Below are positions 17,705 to 27,008 of a stretch of 64,000 nucleotides of DNA, piece by piece. How positions within the stretch are numbered: the first letter of the stretch is position 1; each line of letters begins with the position of its first letter. The DNA is taken from positions 5,758 to 69,757 of the forward strand of contig PWNQ01000113.1 in NCBI GenBank assembly GCA_003557725.1, read 5' to 3'. The position numbers and the translations under genes were made by a program. The notes beneath the pieces were generated by a model that saw only the letters and a list, made by a program, of their open reading frames with translations, had not been told where the DNA came from and did no database searches. Origin of the DNA: Bacteroidales bacterium (GTDB lineage: Bacteria; Bacteroidota; Bacteroidia; Bacteroidales; PWNQ01).

Positions 17705-18982
17705 ATGGAACAGATCATCTTTTATATAATTGTTGCCATCATCGTTGTGGACTTTATTGCCCAGCGATGGCTGGATATCCTTAATACTTTTAACAAAGTC
17801 AGACCCCTTCCCGCTGAGGTGGAAAACTATTACGATGAAAAACGATACCTCAAGGCGCAACACTATAAGCGTGCTAACGACCGCATGGGATTGCTGGGGT
17901 CATCCCTTAGCTTTGCCGCCATCCTTGTTTTATTACTCTCCGGAGGCTTTGGCTGGCTGGATAGCTTTTGGCGGCAATACACTGACCATGAAATATTGCT
18001 GAGCCTGCTTTTTCTTGGCAGTCTGGCTTTGGTTTCCCAAATCCTGGGGTTGCCGCTGGCATTGTACAGAACCTTTAACATTGAAGAACGCTTCGGATTT
18101 AATCGCACTACCCCGGCCACCTTTTTTACCGATATGCTTAAAGGGTGGGTGCTGGCAATCATTTTGGGCGGAGGACTAATAAGCGTGATTATCTGGCTTT
18201 ACCAGATCGCCGGAAGCTACTTTTGGGTGATCGCATGGCTGGTGATCACCATGGTCATGATATTTCTAAACATGTTCTATTCATCCCTTATTGTGCCTTT
18301 ATTCAACAAACAAACCCCGCTGGAAGATGGCCCACTGAGGGAGAAAATCCAAAAATTTGCACAGGATCAAGGCTTTAAACTGGACAACATCTTTGTTATT
18401 GACGGATCAAAGCGATCGGCCAAATCCAATGCATATTTTAGCGGCCTGGGGCCGAGAAAACGTATCGTACTGTTTGACACCCTGATTGACCGGCATAGCG
18501 ATGAAGAGCTGGTGGCTGTGCTGGCTCACGAGATCGGCCATTATAAAAAGAAACATATCCTCATCCATACCGGAACAGGGATTATCCAAACGGGAATATT
18601 TCTCTTTGCTTTTCAACAGTTTCTGGAGTATCCCGCCTTTTCCCGGGCACTGGGTGCAGACCAGGCAAGCTTCCATATGGGCATGCTGGCTTTCGGGCTA
18701 CTCATAACCCCTGTCAACTTCCTGCTTACTGTATTGGGAAATATCCTGTCACGGAAGTTCGAATACCAGGCCGATGCATTTGCCGCAAATACATACAGTG
18801 CAAATGCACTTGGCATGGCACTGAAAAAGCTGGCAGCCCACAACCTGTCCAACCTCTACCCACACCCGGCCTACGTGAAAGCATACTACTCACATCCGCC
18901 CATACTCAAACGACTGCAGTTCCTAAAAAAACAAGGAAATATAAGTATGCAGGAACCCTCAAAACCAAAGAAGAATGATTAA
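17705..18982 (+). CDS. M48 family (Ste24/HtpX-like) integral-membrane zinc metallopeptidase
   Basis: Multi-TM N-terminal region, HEIGHYKKKH (HExxH), and a downstream acidic ligand region. Confidence 0.8.
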   Translation: MEQIIFYIIVAIIVVDFIAQRWLDILNTFNKVRPLPAEVENYYDEKRYLKAQHYKRANDRMGLLGSSLSFAAILVLLLSGGFGWLDSFWRQYTDHEILLSLLFLGSLALVSQILGLPLALYRTFNIEERFGFNRTTPATFFTDMLKGWVLAIILGGGLISVIIWLYQIAGSYFWVIAWLVITMVMIFLNMFYSSLIVPLFNKQTPLEDGPLREKIQKFAQDQGFKLDNIFVIDGSKRSAKSNAYFSGLGPRKRIVLFDTLIDRHSDEELVAVLAHEIGHYKKKHILIHTGTGIIQTGIFLFAFQQFLEYPAFSRALGADQASFHMGMLAFGLLITPVNFLLTVLGNILSRKFEYQADAFAANTYSANALGMALKKLAAHNLSNLYPHPAYVKAYYSHPPILKRLQFLKKQGNISMQEPSKPKKND

Positions 18983-19021
18983 TTGTTTTCTTTAATTTAT
19001 TAAAATTTAAAATTTTTATAT

Positions 19022-19510
19022 ATGACCATTGAAAAAGACAAAGTAGTAACCATGGATTTCCGCTTACAGCTGGGAGATCAGGCAGGAGAAGTTTTGGAAG
19101 ATACAGCCAATGATAAGCCTGTCACCTTTTTATTTGGCTCCGGATACCTTATAGACACGCTGGAAGAATCCCTGAATGGCTTAAAGGCCGGGGAAGAGTT
19201 TAGTGTACAGTATAAAGACGGGGAGGCATTTGGCACCTATGATGAAGAAAAAATCATGGAAATGCCCAAGGAGTTTATCAGGGATAATGAGGGCAACGAA
19301 CGGGAAGAGCTGCTGAAGGAAAATACGCTGCTTCCACTGGCCGATGAAGAGGGCAATGAACATCAGGCATTCATCAGAAAAGTGGATGAAAAGAACGTAA
19401 CCTTAGACTTTAACCATCCGCTGGCCGGTAAAGACGTTTATTTTTCGGGCACCGTTAAAGAAGTGAGGAACGCCACCAGTGAAGAACTGGAAAAAGGGGA
19501 TGTTCAATAG
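19022..19510 (+). CDS. FKBP-type peptidyl-prolyl cis-trans isomerase (SlyD-like)
   Basis: VVTMDFRLQ...FLFGSGYLIDTLEESLNGLKAGEEF...LDFNHPLAGKDVYFSGTVKEV matches the SlyD/FkpB pattern. Confidence 0.8.
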   Translation: MTIEKDKVVTMDFRLQLGDQAGEVLEDTANDKPVTFLFGSGYLIDTLEESLNGLKAGEEFSVQYKDGEAFGTYDEEKIMEMPKEFIRDNEGNEREELLKENTLLPLADEEGNEHQAFIRKVDEKNVTLDFNHPLAGKDVYFSGTVKEVRNATSEELEKGDVQ

Positions 19511-19602
19511 CCACTACCATGGTTTTATTTCCTTTTTTTTTAGTACTTTCGTGCGGTTAAAAAGTAATAAAATAGTATTAATATCCTAAACAGATCAAAG
19601 AT

Positions 19603-19827
19603 ATGGCAAAGATAAAAGGAGACATTGTCATTGATATTGAGCGATGCAAGGGCTGCCAGGTATGTGTCCCGGTATGTCCCAACGATACCATTGCGATGTC
19701 AGACAAAGTAAATGCGAAAGGGTTCAAGTACGCTTTCAAGGCTCAGGATAACTGCATTGGCTGTGCCAATTGTGCTATAGTTTGTCCTGACGGTGTGATC
19801 ACCGTTTACAAAAAGAAAATGAAGTGA
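19603..19827 (+). CDS. 2-oxoacid:ferredoxin oxidoreductase delta subunit (2x[4Fe-4S] ferredoxin)
   Basis: Two CxxCxxCxxxCP clusters (CKGCQVCVPVCP and CIGCANCAIVCP). First gene of a four-gene OFOR operon. Confidence 0.85.
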   Translation: MAKIKGDIVIDIERCKGCQVCVPVCPNDTIAMSDKVNAKGFKYAFKAQDNCIGCANCAIVCPDGVITVYKKKMK

Positions 19828-19852
19828 AATAACAATTAAAAAGACTACAGGC

Positions 19853-20929
19853 ATGAAGAAGGAACTCCGATTAATGAAAGGCAACGAGGCTGTTGGTGAA
19901 GCGGCTATTCGTGTCGGGGCTGATGGATACTTTGGTTATCCCATAACGACTCAGAGTGAGGTTTTGGAGTATTTGATGTCCGAGAAGCCACATGAGCGTA
20001 CCGGCATGGTTGTACTTCAAGCAGAAAGCGAAGTAGCAGCCATCAATATGGTTTATGGGGCAGCCGGGGCAGGAAAGATGGCGATCACCTCATCTTCCTC
20101 TCCGGGAATCAGCTTAAAGCAGGAAGGTATTTCATATATGGCCGGGGCAGAGCTGCCCTGCGTGATCCTAAACGTAGTAAGAGGCGGCCCGGGGCTGGGC
20201 ACCATCCAACCCGGACAGGCTGACTACTTCCAGGCAGTTAAAGGAGGAGGACATGGCGATTATAAACTGATCACCCTGGCACCCTCTTCCGTACAGGAAA
20301 TGTATGACTTTACCATTTTGGGATTTGAACTGGCATTTAAATACCGAAACCCGGTGATGCTCCTCTCTGACGGAGCTATCGGGCAAATGATGGAAAAAGT
20401 GGAGCTCACAGAGCAAAAAGAACGGCGAACCACTGAGGAAATCGTTAAACAATGCCCCTGGGCCACTACCGGAAAACCCAAAAGCCGTGACCATAACATC
20501 ATCACTTCCCTGGAACTCCAGTCAGACAAACAGGAAGAGCTGAACCACAAGCTCCAAAGGAAATATAAACAAGTGGAAGAAGATGAAGTAAGATATGAAA
20601 CCATACAGTGTGAAGACGCTGAATACCTCATTATCGCCTTTGGAACCTCCGCACGTATCGCCCAAAAAGCGGTGAAAGAGGCCCGGGAACAAGGCATTAA
20701 AATGGGACTGCTCAGACCAATCACCCTGTTCCCTTTCCCAAAGAAGAAAATTATGGAAATGACACAACAGGTGAAAGGGATGTTGTCTGTGGAAATGAAT
20801 GCCGGACAAATGGTGGAAGATATACGACTGGCTGTTAACGGAAAAGTCCCTGTGGAACACTTCGGCCGGCTGGGTGGTAATATGCCCTCATCGGAAGAAA
20901 TCATTGAACAGGTACGCAAACATTTTTAA
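19853..20929 (+). CDS. 2-oxoacid:ferredoxin oxidoreductase alpha subunit (Kor/Vor type)
   Basis: N-terminal MKGNEAVGEAAIRVGADGYFGYPITTQSE is typical of OFOR alpha subunits. Confidence 0.85.
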   Translation: MKKELRLMKGNEAVGEAAIRVGADGYFGYPITTQSEVLEYLMSEKPHERTGMVVLQAESEVAAINMVYGAAGAGKMAITSSSSPGISLKQEGISYMAGAELPCVILNVVRGGPGLGTIQPGQADYFQAVKGGGHGDYKLITLAPSSVQEMYDFTILGFELAFKYRNPVMLLSDGAIGQMMEKVELTEQKERRTTEEIVKQCPWATTGKPKSRDHNIITSLELQSDKQEELNHKLQRKYKQVEEDEVRYETIQCEDAEYLIIAFGTSARIAQKAVKEAREQGIKMGLLRPITLFPFPKKKIMEMTQQVKGMLSVEMNAGQMVEDIRLAVNGKVPVEHFGRLGGNMPSSEEIIEQVRKHF

Positions 20930-20935
20930 AAGAGG

Positions 20936-21706
20936 TTGATCATGGAAGACATAAAAAAAGCGGAATATCTCGCGTATAAAAAAACAGAGGTGCTTACCGA
21001 TAAGGTGTTGCACTATTGCCCCGGATGCGGGCACGGCACCATCCACCGGCTGGTAGCAGAGGTCATTGAAGAACTGGACCTGCAACACAAAACCATTGGA
21101 ATTGCTCCTGTAGGGTGCTCCGTACTGGCTTACGAGTACTTTAACGTGGACTTCCAGGAAGCCGCGCACGGAAGGGCGCCGGCACTGGCCACCGCCATTA
21201 GCAGACTATACCCCGACCACGCCGTATTTACTTATCAGGGCGACGGAGACCTGGCAGCCATCGGTACAGCGGAAACGATCCACGCATGCAACCGGGGCGA
21301 AAATATAGTCATCGTATTCGTTAATAATGGAATATATGGCATGACCGGTGGGCAAATGGCGCCAACAACGCTGGAGAACATGAAGTCATCAACATCCCCA
21401 TACGGAAGGGATGTGAAAATGATGGGGAGCCCCATGAAAATGTCCGAACTGGTGGCCAACCTGCCCGGAACACACTATGTTACCAGACAGGCCGTCCACA
21501 AACCCGGCCATGTGAGAAAAACAAAAAGAGCGCTGAAAAAAGCGTTCCAGTATCAACAGGAAAAAAAGGGTACCCAACTGGTGGAAATCGTATCCAACTG
21601 CAACTCCGGATGGAAAATGACACCAAATAAGTCCAACCAATGGATGGAGGAAAATATGTTCCCGTTCTTCCCCCTGGGGGATATTAAAACCCCGGACGAT
21701 AAATAA
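20936..21706 (+). CDS. 2-oxoacid:ferredoxin oxidoreductase beta subunit (TPP-binding)
   Basis: CPGCGHG and the TPP motif GDGDLAAIG...NNGIYGMTGGQ. Confidence 0.85.
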   Translation: MIMEDIKKAEYLAYKKTEVLTDKVLHYCPGCGHGTIHRLVAEVIEELDLQHKTIGIAPVGCSVLAYEYFNVDFQEAAHGRAPALATAISRLYPDHAVFTYQGDGDLAAIGTAETIHACNRGENIVIVFVNNGIYGMTGGQMAPTTLENMKSSTSPYGRDVKMMGSPMKMSELVANLPGTHYVTRQAVHKPGHVRKTKRALKKAFQYQQEKKGTQLVEIVSNCNSGWKMTPNKSNQWMEENMFPFFPLGDIKTPDDK

Positions 21707-21736
21707 TTCTAACGTTAAACCTAAAACATTAAAACC

Positions 21737-22291
21737 ATGACCGAAGAATTGATCATAGCCGGATTTGGCGGACAAGGAGTGCTTTCCATGGGTAAGATCC
21801 TGGCATACTCTGCCATGATGCAAGACCAGGAAGTGTCCTGGATGCCCTCTTACGGCCCTGAAATGCGCGGAGGAACGGCCAATGTTACCGTAATACTCAG
21901 CGATGAAAGAATATCATCCCCTATCCTGAATACTTTTGATACTGCCATCATATTGAACCAGCAGTCAATGGATAAATTCGAAAAAAGCGTGAAACCGGGA
22001 GGACTACTACTCTACGACGGAAACGGTATCACCAGGCACCCGGAACGAGAAGATATAAATATCTATCGTGTGGATGCTACCGATGAAGCCGCCAGGATCG
22101 GAATGGCAAAGATCTTTAATATGATAGTATTAGGAGCATATCTTAAGATCAAAGATAACGTGAAACTGGAAAATGTGGTGCTGGGACTGAAAAAGTCTTT
22201 GCCAAACAGGTACCATCACATGATCCCCGATAACGAAAAAGCCATACACCGTGGACTGGAGATCGTACGTCAGATTCAAACCGTGAATTGA
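21737..22291 (+). CDS. 2-oxoacid:ferredoxin oxidoreductase gamma subunit
   Basis: IIAGFGGQGVLSMGKILA...SYGPEMRGGTANVTV is typical of the gamma subunit. Confidence 0.85.
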   Translation: MTEELIIAGFGGQGVLSMGKILAYSAMMQDQEVSWMPSYGPEMRGGTANVTVILSDERISSPILNTFDTAIILNQQSMDKFEKSVKPGGLLLYDGNGITRHPEREDINIYRVDATDEAARIGMAKIFNMIVLGAYLKIKDNVKLENVVLGLKKSLPNRYHHMIPDNEKAIHRGLEIVRQIQTVN

Positions 22292-22308
22292 GCCTGGCTC
22301 ATTTCATG

Positions 22309-22348
22309 TTTTTTTTCACCGGCAGGTAGCCCCTGCCGGTGTTTTTTT
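22309..22348. terminator. Bidirectional rho-independent terminator between convergent genes
   Basis: Stem CACCGGCAGG pairs with CCTGCCGGTG and is flanked by T-runs on both sides. Confidence 0.7.
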
Positions 22349-23498
22349 ATGCCATAAAATCCTTTATGACTTTGGCTATCCTATCTTTATCCTTTTCCGA
22401 CAAGTTGGTACCTGAAGGCAAACATAACCCTGTCTCAAAAAGCATTTGAGACGTACCGTTCACTATGGCCGGAGCATCTCTGAATACGGGCTGCATATGC
22501 ATGGGCTTCCATAGAGGACGACTTTCCACATTGCTTCTTTCCAATGCCTTTCGCAACCTTTCCCGTGGCTGCTTATCCGTCCCCTGATGGTTCACCAGGA
22601 TAGTAGTTAACCAGTAGTTGGAATAATGGCCCGGGGGTTCATCCTGAAAGGAAATGACGCTGTAATTTTCAAGCAGCTGACGATAGAACCGGTTATTAGC
22701 CCGGCATTGTTTCACACGTTCTTCCAGCACCGATAGCTGAGCACGCCCTATTCCCGCCAACACATTGCTCATCCGGTAGTTATATCCTATCATGGTGTGC
22801 TCATAATGGGGGGTATCTTCCCGTGCCTGAGTGGAGAGCTTTCGGGCCAGCTGGGTATAATGGGGGGCATCAGCCAGCAAGGCCCCACCACCACTGGTGG
22901 TAATGATTTTGTTGCCATTGAACGACAATACACGCATACAACCAAACGTGCCGCAGGGAACATCCTTATAGCGACTGCCCAGGGCTTCAGCGGCATCTTC
23001 AATCACCGGAATATCATAGTGCTGTGCTATAGCCAACAACTCCTCCATCCTGGCCGGCATGCCGTAAAGGTGTACCAGCACAATGGCTTTGGGCTTTTTG
23101 CCCCGGGCCATACGTGACTTAATGGCCTCCTCCAGCAGCACCGGGTCCATATTCCAGGTGTGAGGCTCACTATCCACAAAAACGGGAACAGCCTGCTGAT
23201 AAACCACCGGGTTTACCGTGCCGGCAAAGGTAAAGGAGGAAACCAACACCTCATCGCCCGCCTTAACACCCAGCATGATCAAAGCCAAATGGATGCCGGC
23301 TGTACCACTACTTAATGCCACCGCCTCCCCACAACCCAAATAAGCAGACAGCTCCTGCTCAAACAACCCGAGATGAGGGCCCGCAGGTGCAACCCAGTTG
23401 CCGGTTATGGCCTCTTCTACCATAGACTGCTCCCTGCCACTCATATGGGGCGGAGATAAATAAATGCGGGGAAGATCCTCTTCACTATTTGTGACCAT
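22347..23498 (-). CDS. DegT/DnrJ/EryC1/StrS family sugar aminotransferase
   Basis: PLP-dependent fold with the FNGNKIITTSGGGALL lysine region. Adjacent to the wecB-like gene. Confidence 0.8.
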   Translation of the reverse strand: MVTNSEEDLPRIYLSPPHMSGREQSMVEEAITGNWVAPAGPHLGLFEQELSAYLGCGEAVALSSGTAGIHLALIMLGVKAGDEVLVSSFTFAGTVNPVVYQQAVPVFVDSEPHTWNMDPVLLEEAIKSRMARGKKPKAIVLVHLYGMPARMEELLAIAQHYDIPVIEDAAEALGSRYKDVPCGTFGCMRVLSFNGNKIITTSGGGALLADAPHYTQLARKLSTQAREDTPHYEHTMIGYNYRMSNVLAGIGRAQLSVLEERVKQCRANNRFYRQLLENYSVISFQDEPPGHYSNYWLTTILVNHQGTDKQPRERLRKALERSNVESRPLWKPMHMQPVFRDAPAIVNGTSQMLFETGLCLPSGTNLSEKDKDRIAKVIKDFMA

Positions 23499-23500
23499 AA

Positions 23501-24592
23501 CTAAATACCCTCCTTCTGATAGTTTAATAAGGCAGATACAATACGGACGGCAGCCTTTCCACCACCATATAAGCCCGGCACCGGGTCTGCCTGTTGGTCC
23601 CGAACCGCCAGATATACCTGTAACATATCATCCTCTCCCGGCTTGCACAACCGGTTAAAGCCGTGCTCCACCAACTCTGTCCATTCCGTCTCACCACGAA
23701 GGGTAATACATTGCTTGTTAAAAAAATAGGCCTCCTTCTGCATCCCCCCGCTATCGGTGATCACCATCTCTGCATTCTCCAGTAAATAAAGAACCTCCAG
23801 GTATCCCACCGGAGAAATAATATGCACTTTATCAGGATGAGGGGCGATACCGTACTGGGCCATCTTCTTCCGGGTGCCTGGATGAAGAGGCAGTACCACA
23901 GGGCAATGACTGCCGATGGCCTCCAACCCACGAAAGATGGCAGTAAGCTTTTCAACAGAACCGGTGTTCTCGGCACGATGTACCGTGGCAAGCACAAACC
24001 GCTCAGGCAAAGACTCCTGAGGTTTTACTGACTGATTACGATAGTAATTAGCAGCATCCTGCATCACATCGCCCGACAACACTACCTGTGAGGGAAAAGC
24101 ACTGAAACCCTCCGCCTCCAAATTTTTCAGGGCGTTGGGAACCGGACACAACAACAGATCGGAAATACGATCGGTAAGGATACGGTTTACCTCTTCTGGC
24201 ATATTCATGTTATGCGAGCGCAAACCCGCCTCAACATGGGCCACCTTAATATGCAACTTCTTTGCCGCCAGCGCCCCTGCCAATGTGGAGTTGGTATCCC
24301 CGTAAACCATGACCCAGTGGGGCTTCTCACGAAGTAAAACCCCTTCCACCTGCTCCAGCATCCTGCCGGTCATGGCTCCATGAGATAAACTGTTAACCCC
24401 CAAATGGTAATCCGGCTCCGGGATGCCCATCTGGCGAAAAAAAATATCCGACATGTTGGCATGGAAATGCTGACCCGTGTGTACCAATACCTCTGTAAGA
24501 CCTGAGGAACCCTGGATCTCACGGCTTACAGGAGATGCCTTGATAAATTGAGGACGGGCACCTAAAATGGTTACTACCTTCAATGACGCCAT
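23501..24592 (-). CDS. wecB: UDP-N-acetylglucosamine 2-epimerase (non-hydrolysing type)
   Basis: ILGARPQFIKASPV...VHTGQHF...GDTNSTLAGALAAKKL...HVEAGLRS...DSGGMQKEA is typical of this family. Confidence 0.85.
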   Translation of the reverse strand: MASLKVVTILGARPQFIKASPVSREIQGSSGLTEVLVHTGQHFHANMSDIFFRQMGIPEPDYHLGVNSLSHGAMTGRMLEQVEGVLLREKPHWVMVYGDTNSTLAGALAAKKLHIKVAHVEAGLRSHNMNMPEEVNRILTDRISDLLLCPVPNALKNLEAEGFSAFPSQVVLSGDVMQDAANYYRNQSVKPQESLPERFVLATVHRAENTGSVEKLTAIFRGLEAIGSHCPVVLPLHPGTRKKMAQYGIAPHPDKVHIISPVGYLEVLYLLENAEMVITDSGGMQKEAYFFNKQCITLRGETEWTELVEHGFNRLCKPGEDDMLQVYLAVRDQQADPVPGLYGGGKAAVRIVSALLNYQKEGI

Positions 24593-24615
24593 AAATAATA
24601 AATTCGTACAGAGTA

Positions 24616-24623
24616 CAAAGGTA
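24616..24623 (-). promoter_or_regulatory. Candidate -7 promoter box (TACCTTTG) for the wecB-aminotransferase pair
   Basis: Exact TAnnTTTG match on the minus strand, 24 nt upstream of the ATG at 24592. Confidence 0.4.
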
Positions 24624-24692
24624 AGGTATAGTTTTTAAATATAACCCCCATAAGCCGCCAAACAGATTCAATTTACAGAATATAAAACCTCC

Positions 24693-24720
24693 ATGCACAA
24701 ATTTCCATGCACAAATTTCC
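24693..24720. repeat. Exact 14-bp tandem duplication
   Basis: ATGCACAAATTTCC occurs at 24693-24706 and 24707-24720. Confidence 0.85.
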
Positions 24721-24858
24721 AACAAACTACAGAATGATTATTTCCACCACACTACAGTCCAACACCGTCCAACAGGTCTGTACCTACACACAAAAGAATA
24801 ATGTTTTCCACCACAACCTACGGTAGACGAATGCGAAACCCGAAACCCTCCGGGCGAA

Positions 24859-26094
24859 TCATTCCACCGGCATTCTGTAGATCTTTTTATACCGTTGGTT
24901 AGCAAAGTCTTTATAGAGGAAATACATGGCATTATTATGCACCTGGATATTTTCGGCAAACCGGAATCCCTCCACCGAAGCAGCGGGGCTGGTCTCTCCG
25001 GTTTCCAGGTCGATCCTTTCCAGCCTTTTCACTCCTCTTTGTGAGAACAGGGCATACACCTGGCCTTTGGGTTGGTCGATGATCAGCGCTTCCTGCCACT
25101 GGTCGTTATGATGAAAGTAAAGGGGTGTAGATGACAGGTGGTTTCCTTCCGGTGTATACACCTGGAGGCTATCTTCCGGATAATTCATAATAAGCACAGA
25201 GTCCTTCAGGGTGACCATGGGTGCGAACACGGGTCGGTAAAAGGCCATTTCTTCAAAGCGCAGGTCTGCTTCAGTAAACCCTTCCTGTGCAATCCTCCAG
25301 GGAAAGTCATAACGCAGCAGGTCCAGACCCAGTTGGCTCTTTATGGTGGTGAAGAGCTGGCTCTCCCCGTTTTGGTCATCGTAGCGATAATAGCTAAGGA
25401 CCTGCCCTTTATGGGTATGGTGTCTCACGTAATAATAGGTGTTGATCTTTCCGGTAATAGCCATTAGCCGTTCCAGAAAGTGGTTAGGTCTTTCAGGATA
25501 CAGTAGGTGTATATGTTTATCACAAATAAAAACCTGGTATACGGAATCGTTTGTAAACAGGAACACGTTCCTCATGGGGCCGGTCACCAGTTGCCGGGGC
25601 TTATTTACGGGTCTGCTGTTCAGCTCATTGCCCAGTTTATCCATAAGTACCAGCCGGGCCTTTCGGTGGCGGTTTTCCGGATAGGTAAGCATAAGCAGGG
25701 AGTCGCCATAAAAAGTATAGTCGGCAACATATAATGGTTCATCGGGGATAAGATTACGGGGGCGCTGTGCAATGATCTCTGCAGGGGACAGGTGGCTGGA
25801 GACCCGGGAAAGGCCAAAGACTACCGGGGCAGCTGTGCCGGTAACCATAAGGGTTTGTGATTGATAATTAAGGTGGGATGCGGTCAGACGAACCGGCAGC
25901 TGGCGGACAGATACCCGGAATGTCCCGTCCTGCTCTGACACACTGCCCTGAGCAGTACCTTCCACCAGGATATGGGCCCGTGACAACGGCCGGTCGCCTG
26001 AGGCATCCAGAACAAGGCCTTCAACAACGACCTGTCCGGTTAGCGGCAAACCAACAAACACCACTATGAAGAGAAGAAATAATTGCCGTTTCAT
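24859..26094 (-). CDS. Secreted CarboxypepD_reg-like domain protein with an uncharacterised C-terminal domain
   Basis: Signal peptide, then VVVEGLVLDASGDRPLSRAHILVEGT...DGTFRV (carboxypeptidase-regulatory-like fold). No motif was recognised in the remaining roughly 300 aa. Confidence 0.5.
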   Translation of the reverse strand: MKRQLFLLFIVVFVGLPLTGQVVVEGLVLDASGDRPLSRAHILVEGTAQGSVSEQDGTFRVSVRQLPVRLTASHLNYQSQTLMVTGTAAPVVFGLSRVSSHLSPAEIIAQRPRNLIPDEPLYVADYTFYGDSLLMLTYPENRHRKARLVLMDKLGNELNSRPVNKPRQLVTGPMRNVFLFTNDSVYQVFICDKHIHLLYPERPNHFLERLMAITGKINTYYYVRHHTHKGQVLSYYRYDDQNGESQLFTTIKSQLGLDLLRYDFPWRIAQEGFTEADLRFEEMAFYRPVFAPMVTLKDSVLIMNYPEDSLQVYTPEGNHLSSTPLYFHHNDQWQEALIIDQPKGQVYALFSQRGVKRLERIDLETGETSPAASVEGFRFAENIQVHNNAMYFLYKDFANQRYKKIYRMPVE

Positions 26095-26133
26095 AACCCC
26101 CTCCTTTTTTGTTAAGTTTTGGTCATAAACTAA

Positions 26134-26865
26134 TTATCGCCCGGCATTCAAATAGCTTATGGTTTCAATAACGATCACTCCTCCTGTAAAGTCGCCGTAC
26201 TGTGCCGGCACTCCACCGGCATAAACCGTGATGCTTTTTATAGCGGACGAAGGGATATAAGGCTCTCCTCCCCGCTGCTTAACGCCGTCAATGATATAAA
26301 TAAAATCATCGGCACGGGAGCCCCGGAAGTGCATCTCACGGGTGTTTTCATTGATAACCAGATTTGTACTGATGGCGGTAAGGGTAGTTTTTACATCACC
26401 TCTGGTGGGCATGGTTTCAAAGTCCTTTCGATCCAGTGCCTGGGTCATGCGGCCCGTCTCATCAATGAGGGGGCGCTCCCAGGTGATCACCACCGGGTCC
26501 AGATCTTGACCAAATGTGAGCTCCACATTATCTATGCGGGTGATCTCATCAGGATAAACGTTGATATCCTGTACTTCAACTTTCTGATAGCCGGTAAAGG
26601 TCACCGTCACAGTATAGGTGCCGGCATCCAGTGGACGAAGGCGAAAGTTCCCATCCAGGTCGGTGACATCAGCAATCACATTGTTTCCGTGTTCGATCAC
26701 CACATGGGCTCCCGGTAGGGTCTCTCCGGTCTCAGGAAGAACTACTTTCCCGTGGATAGCTCCCTGGGAAAAGGCATGGGGAGAAAGAACCACCAGGCTC
26801 AACAATAAGAATAACAGGGCACTTATTGCCGGGATACGCTTTAAAATTTGAACAGATGTTTTCAT
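26134..26865 (-). CDS. CarboxypepD_reg plus TonB-dependent-receptor plug domain protein lacking a beta-barrel
   Basis: Signal peptide, then IHGKVVLPETGETLPGAHVVI...DGNFRLRPLDAGTYTVTVTFTGY. The plug-like segment MHFRGSRADDFIYIIDGVKQ...ITVYAGGVPAQYGDFTGGVIVIET follows, and the ORF ends 9 residues later. Confidence 0.6.
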   Translation of the reverse strand: MKTSVQILKRIPAISALLFLLLSLVVLSPHAFSQGAIHGKVVLPETGETLPGAHVVIEHGNNVIADVTDLDGNFRLRPLDAGTYTVTVTFTGYQKVEVQDINVYPDEITRIDNVELTFGQDLDPVVITWERPLIDETGRMTQALDRKDFETMPTRGDVKTTLTAISTNLVINENTREMHFRGSRADDFIYIIDGVKQRGGEPYIPSSAIKSITVYAGGVPAQYGDFTGGVIVIETISYLNAGR

Positions 26866-27008
26866 GGCTTCTGGTTTTTGGGGTTTATACTTTCTGATGA
26901 TAAAAGTACCACCGGCAAAGACAGAATAAAAGCCATGTTAAGTTTTCGAGCGTTGCGGATAAGGCAGCGGTAATATTGGGCCCGGCAACGGTGCCCTTCT
27001 GAAAAAGA

